DNA from: Thelocarpon superellum
Lineage: Eukaryota
DNA length: 54,526 nt
Direction: 5' to 3'
Assembly (NCBI GenBank): GCA_026025795.1
Contig: JAPEUG010000078.1
Span: 1-54,526 of the forward strand
Each line of letters opens with the position of its first letter. Position 1 is the first letter of the stretch. The notes beneath the pieces were generated by a model. It was given only the letters and a program-made list of their open reading frames with translations, had not been told where the DNA came from and searched no databases. Below, piece after piece: positions 1 to 10,256 of this stretch. Made by a program: the position numbers and the translations under genes.

Positions 1-251
1 TGCGTCCCAGGGATATCGGTCGTTTCATTATAGCAGCCGACGTATTTGTAGGATGATTCGCCGCTGTTGATGACTGCTGTTGTGGAAGGAGTTGGGGCAA
101 CGGACGTGGGAGCGACGGAGGAGGAGGCGGAGGAGGAGGCGGAGGCGGAGGAGGAGGAGGCGGAGGAGGAGGAGGATTGAGCGACTGTGGTGCTGGCGGA
201 GAGAAGGAAGAGAGAGAGGAGTATGAATTGCGCGAGGCAGAGCGATGGCAT
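1..251 (-). CDS. Secreted/cell-surface WSC-domain protein, N-terminal part; runs off the left window edge
   Basis: Not in the ORF track because it has no stop in the window. ATG at 251 (minus) gives MPSLCLAQFILLSLFLLSASTTVAQ (signal peptide-like), a Ser/Ala-rich linker (the GGA/GGC tract) and ...GESSYKYVGCYNETTDIPGT. YxGCY is the typical start of a WSC domain. Confidence 0.7.
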   Translation of the reverse strand, partial: MPSLCLAQFILLSLFLLSASTTVAQSSSSSASSSSASASSSASSSVAPTSVAPTPSTTAVINSGESSYKYVGCYNETTDIPGT

Positions 252-790
252 CTTCGCCGCCACCAGCACCATCTTGCACTGCGCTCAGCCGGTCCCAGGT
301 GGTGTTTGAGAGAAGTCCCACACGAGTATTGAGCAACCACCCACTTGTTCCTCGATGCACTCAAGACATCGTGTCGTGGAGCAGAGCTGGGCAGAAACCT
401 AGGATACAGGGACTGTGCAAGGGCAAATGTACGGCATGAGGGTGCTGCGTCCAGCTAGAGCTCATGGGTCAACACTCGTGCTCGCACAACGCGCCAGCAA
501 GGCATAGAAAGTTTATTCTTTGCTCAGATTCTCGTGCAGCTCCCCTGGCCCGGGACTCGGGAGCCTGTCGTGTTCCGCTGCGTATCATACGGGAACGAGT
601 ATTCGTACCGAAGAGCTCCTTTTCGCCACGTGGACCTGTCGCGATTGGTCGACGGCACGGCCCGTCCGCTTCGCTCGTTTGTCGCTGTGGAGGATATGGA
701 CGATCACGTGCTCTCTTACCTAATTATCTACTAGTTGATAGTGCTTACCGAGACGGAATCCTATATGTTACTGTAAAGAAGGTCGTCTCG

Positions 791-834
791 CAGATAACTA
801 ATTCACCATCTCCAGATAATTAATTCACCATCTT
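791..834. repeat. 22-bp tandem duplication
   Basis: CAGATAACTAATTCACCATCTC followed directly by CAGATAATTAATTCACCATCTT. Confidence 0.8.
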
Positions 835-1552
835 CACCCTCCATTGTGATTGGTCCAATTAGCTGAATCCAAGAGGGAACCCTACCTTAACCTTCATCGC
901 CTTCGCCTGACTAATCGATCTCCCTGTGACGGATGCGAGCCGGGGACGACGAAAAGTTGATGAGTACTATTCATACGTGACTTATACGAGAAGAACACTG
1001 CGAGGCGACTTGTACGACGATCATGTCAGAAGGAACCCTCACGGAGAGACCTGTAATGCTAAGGTACTTATCACACTCATGCTGAAGCGATGTGGGTGGT
1101 AAAGAATGACCGGAGGCATTCCCGAACGTCCGCCCAAGTCAAGTGATCGAACATACCATTTCTCCCCGGTGCCTCCACTCTCCGACTTTCCGTGTGCCCG
1201 ATGAGAATTGTGTCCGACGGAGGCCTCCCGTTGTGTGCTTATCCAATGGCCGTGGTTACACCGCACGCAGGGAGCGTTTGCAGACAGATGACTTTGAAGC
1301 GCCTCAGATCTCTGTGACAAAGTAACCTTTCTCTTGGCGTGCGCCTGACTAGCCTCCCTCTATTGCCATCTGGGATGGAAAAGGATGAGGACGTTTGGAA
1401 TCAAAAACGACGAGGCAACTCGGACGATGGTCATGGGAAGAGCCTCTCACGGAGAGAGCGGGACAAAGACTGATAATCATACGGACGACCAACCGATACT
1501 GGTGCAAACGAATGACTATACTAGGCACCAAGTCAAAGATCACTCACTGGCC

Positions 1553-4500
1553 TCACAAATGGTCCCAGTCGCCCGAATGTGGGTGGGCACGACGGTAGGT
1601 GTACCCAATGAAAGCGCCCTTCTTGCGCAGATCCAACGCCTGCTTGCCCATCTCCTTGTCGCGGAGGATCTTGTCACGCGGCCGGATGCGAGGCAGCTTC
1701 TGACCCGTCTTCATCGCCTCGGCCTTGATCTTCGCCACCGCGATCGACTCCATGTTGTCGTCCAGGTCGAAGCGCGACGGATCCGTGTGCTGGGATTGAC
1801 GGAGCCGGATCTTCACCTGCGCCGGCTGCGTCTCCGGTTGCTCGCGCGCGCTGCTGTAGCTCGACGTGTCGTCCACGTCGCTGACCGCCTCCTCCTCCTC
1901 AAAGTAGCGCGTGTCTTCCCAGTCGTTGATCTTCGGCACAAAGGGCGGGCGCGACAGGTGATGCCGATCCCACTGGATCCCGCGGAAGAAGGGATGTTCC
2001 TTGATGTCGCTCGCGTCGTTCTCGTACACGTGCCGGCCTTGCGCCTCGTCCTCGGGCCGCTTCCTGCCCATCGACAGCACGCGTCCGAGCGACTGCTGCA
2101 GCAGGCGAAAGTCATTGACCGCGTAGATCTTCGAGCTCAGACGCAGCTCCTTGTCCCGCAGGAGGTTGCTGATCAGGTTCCCGGCCTTGCGCGAGATGCG
2201 CATGTCGTACGGGAAACGGAGGTGAAAGGCATGGTTCTGTCCTCGTCAGCCACGCCTCCGTCCCACCAGGTCCGCTCACATCACCCACCACGATCTTGTC
2301 CTTGGTCTCTTGGCGCGTCTCCATGCCAAACGGAGTGTAGCCATAGAGGCACTGGCGACGTGTCACGAGTCAGCCACCTGCCTCGGGCGCGCGCGCGCCG
2401 CAACTCACCTCGAAGAGGATGATCCCCACGCTCCACCAGTCACAACGGCCGTCGTACTGGTCGCCCCGGACCACCTCCGGCGCCATATACTGGCTCGTGC
2501 CCACCACGCTCCCGGCGAGCGCCCGCTTCCCCGCGCGGTTGCGCCACTTGAGGAGGCCCTCGCGGAGGTCAGGCCCGCGGGGACCCGAGGCCTCGGGGAC
2601 CTCGTGCACGTTGTGGGCGCCCCCCACGTCCCACGCAGGTGGCGCCACGCCCGCCGCCACGTCCGCGGCCATCCGGGCGCCCTCCTTGCGGTCGAGGGTG
2701 TCGCCCACCACCTCGACCCCCAGCTTCTTCAGCAGCGAGTGGCGCTGGTGATTGAAGTACTGCTGGTCGTGCGACCAGTGCCCGTCAAACGCCAGGCCAA
2801 AGTCCGACACCCGCAGGTGCCCCGAGGCCGAGATGAGGAAGTTGTCGGGCTTGATGTCCCGATGGATCCACCCGAGCCGGTGGGCCTCCTCGATGCAGAG
2901 AATCATCTCCGCCACGTACCACCGCGCCACATCTTCCGGCAGCGTGTGCCGCCGGATCAGGAGACCCAGGAAGTCGCCGCCCACCATGTACTCCATCACC
3001 AGGTACAGGTTCGTCTTGTCCTGGAAGCTCGCCATCAACGGCACGATCCAGCGCGAGCCTTCCGACGACACCAGGAAGTCGCGCTCAGCGCGTAGATGCG
3101 CCTCTTGCGTGCTGCGGAGCATCTCGGATTTGCGGATGACCTTCATGGCGAAGACCGTCTTTGGCCGAGCGGGGGCCCACTCGCCCCATCCGGGCCGACG
3201 CGTCGATCCCGAGAGGTTACGTTCCGACGACGACCGCGAGTCGTCGTTGGTCGAGTCCATCATCGGCTCGATCTCCGTCTGCCGTACGAGGCGGACCACG
3301 CCAAAGCTGCCCTTGCCCAGGATCTTCACGACCTCGTACCCGGCTACGGACACGCCCGTTTGGCCCCACTTGTCCGACGGACGGGCTTTCAGCACGCGCT
3401 GCTGCCGGAGGTGGTCGCTCTCGCCCTTGGACCAGTTGCGTCGCTCTGACATGCGTCGCTCGTCCGACCACGGCGCCGAGAGGAGGCGTCCCTCAAACTC
3501 TCGTCGGCGCAGCGAACGCGGACTGACGGGACAGTTCAAGAGCTCGTTGAAGTGCGTCTCGAAGAAGATCTTGGCCGCGGCCGTCGTCTCGACCGTGATG
3601 ATCGCTGCCGACGTTAGCTCGACCGCTGCCGCACGGCATCCCGACGGAGACTTACTTGGGGGCGGTGGGAAGAGTCTCGCGGGTTCCTCAACCACCGTCG
3701 CCTCCTCAACCAGTGTGGGCACGGACTGTTCCGAGGCTTCGTCGATCGACGCGCATTCCGGCACAAACACGGGCTGCATCGGCGTCGCCTCGTCCGCAAG
3801 CCAGGTGGCGGATGTGTCCGACGTCACGGACGTGGCCTCGGTGGACTTGCTCTGGCGAGCGTGTTGGGGCGACGACGTGTTGCCACTCGTGTTATAACTC
3901 GAGGGGTTGGTCGTCTCATCAGGGCTGATGGGTGGCGGCGACTGTTGGTGCACTGCATCCGACTCGGTCTCCAGCTTCAAGTCCTTGGACGGCGAGGCTT
4001 GATAGTTCCGGGCGGCGTAAGCATGCACGGAGTGCACGCTAGGCCGTGTGCGAAGCTGCGGCCGATGCACCACCGTGGGAGGGATGAAGGCATCCGAGAT
4101 CTTGTGGGATAGCATGTGCACCAGACTCGGTGACGGCTTCAACTCCGGGAAGAGGTGCTCCGACGCCACATCCGTGGGATCGGAGCGGGTGACAAGCCCA
4201 CGCGCACGCGTGGGACGAGGCAAGGGGAGTTGGAACTTGGTCCGCTTGGTCTCTTCGACACGATCAGGCACCAGCTTGCGGGGCATATCATTGAGGGACA
4301 CGACATCCGCCTCCGCTGGAGTAGCGACGGTGGCGTTGTTGTACGCCTCCAGGAACGTATAGGGCGACAGATCACGGTGCATGAACGAGCCATGGCCCGT
4401 GAGCCAGGCCATCTCATGCCCCTCGGACGGGATGGCGGTGTAGCCATCCGACCCAGGCGTACCTGTGCGATGTGTCAATGTTGAAGGCTCGACGGTAGAA

Positions 4501-4805
4501 GGACACTCACTGCGATTCTTGCCGAGGCCCAACAGGGACAAGAGCTTTGAGCCTCCGCGCCGAAGCTTGGCGGCGGTGGTGTTGTGTTCGACGATTTCGT
4601 CGTAGCCGGCGTCATTACAAAACACGTTGGCGGGCGCGGCAGCCGCGTAGACATTCTGCGGAACATGTCCGTCTCCCGCTGACTTGTTGACCTTGCGAGT
4701 TGTGCGTCCTCGTCCGGCAAAGAGGCTCATCGCGCTCCACTGGCCCTTGCGACGACCCTCCGCCATGTTCGGGGAGGGGGTAGGACAGCGTTGATCACCG
4801 CCCAT
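1553..4805 (-). CDS. AGC-group Ser/Thr kinase, NDR/LATS (Cbk1/Cot1-related) family, 4 introns
   Basis: Motifs LGKGSFG, FAMK, HRDIKPDN, DFG, SVVGTSQYMAPE, DWWSVG and the C-terminal hydrophobic motif AFIGYTY. Predicted introns 4463-4510, 3605-3655 and two more near 2351-2408 and 2237-2288. Start uncertain (4805 or 4766). Confidence 0.9.
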
Positions 4806-5630
4806 GGTGGGTGGCGTGCGCGATGGACGATGAAATGAAGGATGATTTTCTCGCCGTGAATCTAATGGCGGGGCGATCCAGCGGCGATGGATGATACGAG
4901 AGATATGGGGATGAAGTGGATGAAGTGTTGATGCGTTGCGGAAGGGTGGTGGAGATGGAGAGAGATGAATATGATGCGTGTGGTGAAGAGAGAAGATGGT
5001 GGTGGGGAGGGGTGAAATCACTGGAGGCGGGGAGGCTATATAGGGGCAAGAATTTCAGCGTCCCAACTGCCACCATCCCAAGGGGGAAGTAGCGATGGGG
5101 AGAAGCCACACGCTCTGTTGACCCAACACAACATTCCCAAACGCCGAGGCGGTCCGTCGCCTGGTGCAGGACGTCTTGCAGATAGAGGTCAAGGGAAGAA
5201 TCTGAAGAGGTAGCCGGCCGATCCCACCATTGAATGTCTGGATTCGCCGCCACTGTGGCCCCTCCCAAAGTTGCTCAATCCACCGGCTGATGTCATTCTC
5301 CCGATACGGTTGAACTGGGGTGATTGGACGGCGTGGAAGATGCGTGAATGATGAGGCAGGCCATGGACAGCGCTCTGCACAGCGACATTGATGCGTCCAC
5401 ACCTAAACTTGTTTCTCGTCCGACCATCTGATGCCTCGCTTACAGGGATTGTCGTCACTGCGATTGTGCCGGACGGTGGGGGGAAGTGGTGAAGTCAGGC
5501 CCATCTCGGTGTTGTTTTGTTTTCTCGCTCAGATCTCATCCGCCCACCACGGCGAACTTGAGGCCCTGGAGCGACCCACGGACTAATCCTTCCACGCCTC
5601 CATCCGTCTGCTGCTGTAGATCCATTCATC

Positions 5631-7605
5631 ATGGCCAATGAAGAGAGACTGCCCTGGTCCTATCGGATCCGTACCCTGCTGCATGTGTCGGATGACCATC
5701 TCAACGACGAGGAGAAAGAGACGAGGCTTCGTCAGGAGCTCGAGGAGCCGGTGCACGAGAGCAGCTACGGCGTAAGTGTTCCACCTGGAAAGGTGGATGG
5801 CGCAGAGATGGATTGTTCTCATCTCATCTCGTCCCCTCGTGATGCAAGACGCAAGGGCGACCTGGTTGGGCAGCGCTGACGGTGAGGCGTGCATGCAGGC
5901 CAACGTCGTCTTCCACCATTTCCTAGACACGTCCCCGGAGAGTCCCTGCACGGAGCGGCGCCTGGTTCCGTTCGATCGCAGGCAATGGGAGCACCTTGTG
6001 AAGATGAAAGACGTGCTCGACCGACGTCGCGCGCTCATGGACCAGATCCACCAGCTCGCCACGGCCAATGACGAAGCGAAGAAGACTTTGGAGGCTCTGG
6101 TGCGACACGAGCCGGTCAAGCCTTCGGCCCTTCGTATGACGCTGGACGGGGGCGCCCTCGCCGGCCTGGCGGCCATCACGTTCAAGGACGACGGGCCGTC
6201 CGAGTCCCTGGCCGTGAAGCTTTATGCCATGAGTCAGCTCGACGCGCGGCAGCCGTACATGCCCATCTGCCCGGCGCAGACGCCCGAGGCGTGTCGCAAG
6301 GCACGCGAGACGGTGGCGAAGATGCGATATAAGCTGAAGGACGAGCCGTCGGATTGGCAGATCGACGCGGCGGTGCCGTGCGAGGACACGGTGCACTTCC
6401 AGCCCGTCATCTGCATGGATACCGATCCCGGTCTCGGTGACTGCGTCTTCCTCGATGCCTGTCCACGCCAGTGGCGTGGCTGCCGGTACGTGCACTACGA
6501 GCGCCTTCTCCCACGCACGGGCGCGTCGGTGCTGGGGATCCAGATGTTGAAACAAACCAAATGGGCGAAGAAGAACGACGTGCAACTGTTCGATCAGATG
6601 AGTCCCGAGCAGAAAGAGGCCGAACTCGAGGCGCTGACGGTCCGGCAACGTGAGTGGGCTCGGCTGGGCCCGTTCAAGCTGGGCAACGCACTGTGGGCGG
6701 GACGGCAGGTGAGGGCTCGTCAAGATCCCGGTCGCCCTTGGGTCACTGACCGATGGCCTGGACAGCCGGACCTGCCGCACTGGCACACCACAGATCTCTA
6801 TGCCTTTGACTTCAATCTGCTCGGCGAGTTTCGAGTCATCGTGGTCGCACGTATGTCGCCTCGTCCGCACTTGCGGCCGCGTGGAGAGGAGTGCTGATGA
6901 GCCATGTGCAGCGGTGTGGCCCGAGCATCCGAAGCCGCCCTACCAGACCACAGAGGAGCAGGCCCTGCGCTCCATGTCGATCGGCAATCTCGGACGTGAT
7001 GCCCTTCTCTACCTCTGGGTCAGCCAGGACAGCCTTGCCTTTGGGCGGAACTGTCTGAAGTCCTGGGGATTCCTGAGCCTGGGCGAGGTGACGTGGATCA
7101 AGACGGACCAGATGGATTATGTGACGATGCGAAAGGAGCTTCGCTATCCTGCCTTCTGGGCGAACCACGCGAGGGAGTTTTGCCTGGTGGGGTGAGTGGG
7201 CCTCCCAGCCATGTCGTGACCCCGGCGCAGAAGCCAGGTTCAGGAGCCGATGCAGAGACTGACGCACGAGACGATAGGATCAAGGGAGAACCCGTTCCCT
7301 TCACCACCTTTACCGGCGACCAAGCCACGAAGACGATCGTGGCGCCCAAAGGTGAGAAGCGCAGCAAGCCGGCCGAGTTCTACGACATGATCGACTTCTT
7401 GGCCGGCGCGAGCACGCGCAAGATCGAGGTCTTTGGTCAGGCGCGCAACGAGCGTCCGGGATGGACGACGCTGGGTCACACCGCCCCGTGTGATCCGACG
7501 TCTCTGAACAAGGAGAAGGAGGACACGCAGGCCAAGCCGGCCAAGAAGACGGGGGACGGGGGAAAGTTTAGCTGGAGCGGCAAGAGTACCCGTCGACGCA
7601 AGTGA
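5631..7605 (+). CDS. IME4/METTL3-like MT-A70 family protein with CCCH zinc fingers and a degenerate catalytic motif
   Basis: Exons 5631-5771, 5899-6850, 6912-7191 and 7278-7605 join in frame (1701 nt, 566 aa). HFQPVICMDTDPGLGDCVFLDACPRQWRGCRYVHYE resembles the METTL3 zinc-finger region. LYLWV, WIKTDQ, NHAREFCLVGIKG, SKPAEFYDMI and RKIEVFG...GWTTLG match the MT-A70 core. The DPPW position reads APVW. Confidence 0.85.
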
Positions 7606-8564
7606 TGGCGGTAGACAGAGGTAGCCAGTGGTAGATGATCATTGAACACGTCTGGACATGACCTTGTGCACCTGCGGCTCACCCTCTGCGTTCTTGCTGT
7701 CCTGGTTAGCACTTTCACATATGAGTATCACGTTGTCGACATAGGATGGGATGCAAGGCTTGGCGTGTCAATGATAACTCCAACTGATGGCATGGACAGA
7801 TGTGCGAAACATGCCCTTGCAAACTCTAGGAGCTTGTCATCATCCAAGCATGGCCCTCGGAGCACTCCAGCACTCCGTATCATCCACAGCACTTCCAGAT
7901 ATGAAATGTCCAATGTGGGCATGAAGACGAGTGACCACGCATATTACGCGAGGAGGGCGCCAGGTCGTTGACCATGCTGTTGACGATTGTGACTGGTCCT
8001 GCGCTACACTACTCTGTTAGGTCAAGCTCCTCGCATACAGGAGTACTCGGTCTCTTCATCCGCTTCTGACATTCCAGACCGGCTGAAATCAGGATGGTTG
8101 ACATTACTTCGGCCTCACATGTTTGATCACGGGCATCCCACAGATTATGTGGAACAAGGATAGAGCACTGCCTCAAGCTATGCTGTACATACTCTGGACT
8201 TAGGGACAGCTAATGTATTCTTGCACAACCGTCTTGTTGGCATCAAGAGGCATGCTTCATCACAGCATTGAATGGCACGACAGATCACGCATGTCAGTTT
8301 ACGTGTCGAGTAGGATTGCATTGCGAGTCCCACAATGACCCACTTTTTCAGGTGTGTTGGAGGACAAGGATATCTTTATACTTGCGTCAGTCCCGTTCAC
8401 CCAAGCTACAACTTGCAGCTCCTCTGTCCCCCTGACCAGTTTGTATCGAACAGTTGAGCTCCCAGCTTACAAGATCGTTCCCGCCTTAATTTGCCTCACT
8501 CTCTTCTTGAGCCGGTCGCCAAGTCCATTTGACAATCAAGGCCTCTCACCATGCATCATTCCAT

Positions 8565-8811
8565 TGTGAGGCCGGGAGCTCCACGCCTTTCTGCGAGGAT
8601 AGAAGAGGTCATGTGATGGTCATGTGATATAGCACGTGACCTGACACACTGTAAATAAACCGAGTCCCGCTGCGAGCTAGCAGAGCCCCAGCGTTCGGCT
8701 CGAGTAACACAAGGAGGCTAGCAATAGGTCTATGAGCCCTGAGGAGCCACAGAGTCAACTCCCATTGACGACGTCTACTGTTTCCGCCTAGCTGTAGGCC
8801 TCGTCGTCACA
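8565..8811. mobile_element. Possible solo LTR / retroelement relic
   Basis: 247-bp segment beginning TGTGAGG and ending CGTCACA (TG...CA with short inverted termini). It contains GGTCATGTGAT twice, CACGTGAC and GTAAATAAAC, in a gene-free stretch. No target-site duplication is visible. Confidence 0.3.
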
Positions 8812-8984
8812 CTGCACCCATATGACCTAGAGTCTTCGTATTCAATGTAATATTGAACATTCTAGTTTACATGACTTAGACCAGTACACAGACCCAGACT
8901 TGATCCTACCTTGACAATGCTGCTCTTCGACCTCGTCGAGATTGATGAGCATCCAGATTTTCGACATTTTCCCGGTTGTTGAAA

Positions 8985-9083
8985 TATTCATCGGGCAAAG
9001 ATTATTGGATAACGCAAAGATACTGGATACCGCAAAGAATATTGGATAACGCAAAGAATATTTCATAACGCAGAGAATATTTG
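8985..9083. repeat. 18-19 bp minisatellite, about 4-5 degenerate copies
   Basis: TATTGGATAACGCAAAGA / TACTGGATACCGCAAAGAA / TATTGGATAACGCAAAGAA / TATTTCATAACGCAGAGAA, preceded by the more diverged TATTCATCGGGCAAAGAT. Confidence 0.85.
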
Positions 9084-10256
9084 ATTGTTTAGACGAAAAC
9101 CACTCATATCTCGTCCTGTTGGCCGTGGAGAGCTCTACATGACCGATTTTCATCCTGCACGTATCCACCTTGACGCAGCGTCGAGCTTTGCGAGAATTTG
9201 TATCACCCGCTCCACGACGTTCGATTACAGCCTCAGCTGCTGATGGATGAAGTACTGGCAAACGCGCCCAAATTGAGAATGTTTTCCGTCTCACAGTGGC
9301 GCCTAAGCCTCGCTCCTGCACCTCCTCCACTCACAGTCACACCTCCTACCTTCTCACCGCCACAGTGCCATCCTCCTACTCCTTTAGTACGCGAACGCGT
9401 CCGCACTCTCTCCCACTTCCTCTCTCCAACCAAACACAACACATTCACTCCAAGCTTAGATACGTGTCTTCGACCGGAAAGAGACAGAAGGGCTAATTGG
9501 CTGGCAACGATCCATCTCACGTCCAAGCTGTCCAAGTGAGCCCACTCCTCCCCGTCCGAGCCCGGTAACAGTAGCTAATTGAACCTTGCAATCCTGGCCA
9601 AGAGCGAAGGGGACAAGACTTCTTCGTGCTTTGCAGCTCGTGCACATTCCACCGCGGCCCACCCACGAACGCGAACGCGAACGCGAATGACATGGTGGGC
9701 GGAGGCTCCAAGACTTCCGGGTCAGAGTCGAAGTCTGGATCAGGCCCCGACAGCAGGAAATGTAGTTCGACGGACGTGCGCGGACCGACTGCCTGCCCTC
9801 AGCCAGTGCTCCGTGGCGGGGTAGGAGGGTCTTTCAGCCCGCTTCATCAGAGCTGAAGATTCACGAATGAAGCAAGTCAAATCTCCTCCATGGCTTGTGC
9901 TTCTGACGATAGATCCTCGATGCAATTTAGAGCTACATACAATGGCCCCCCAATCTTCACGCTGCGTCGTCGCATGTGACCCGGGAAAGGGGATGACAAG
10001 AGACTGTCGTACTAAGTCCCGAGGCATGCGAGCGAAGCGTTGAAATGCGGTGGGGGGACGGTCGGAGTGGGGTAAAGAGACAGAAGTACACAGGAGTGGT
10101 ATGGTATCAGTAGAAGAACACAGATGCAATCACTCGCGTGGAGCCAAGGTCGGGATGAGGAACGGCCGGCGGTTGGCGTCCTCGGTCTTTCCAAGCACCA
10201 CACACAAGACGTACCGCGTCGACCTGGCGTTGGCGTTCGGACATTCGCTCGGCCCT

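Noticed and set aside
28..360. 110-aa Leu/Arg-rich minus-strand ORF
   Set aside because: Wrong frame over the GGA/GGC tract. The neighbouring frame gives signal peptide, Ser-rich linker and a WSC motif.
1385..3897. Long plus-strand ORFs (345, 261, 381 aa) opposite the kinase
   Set aside because: Antisense shadows of GC3-biased coding sequence with no recognisable motifs.
6847..6920. A-to-I editing or alternative splicing restoring DPPW
   Set aside because: GCA to GAY and GTG to CCN are not A-to-G changes, and I saw no alternative splice that yields DPPW.
7642..8560. Short ORFs or pseudogene fragments downstream of the METTL3-like gene
   Set aside because: No recognisable domain in the frames I read, so this cannot be supported without a translated search.
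8985..9083. CRISPR-like appearance of the 19-bp repeat (and the 28-bp repeat at 48843)
   Set aside because: Units are contiguous with no unique spacers, there are no cas genes, and the context is eukaryotic.
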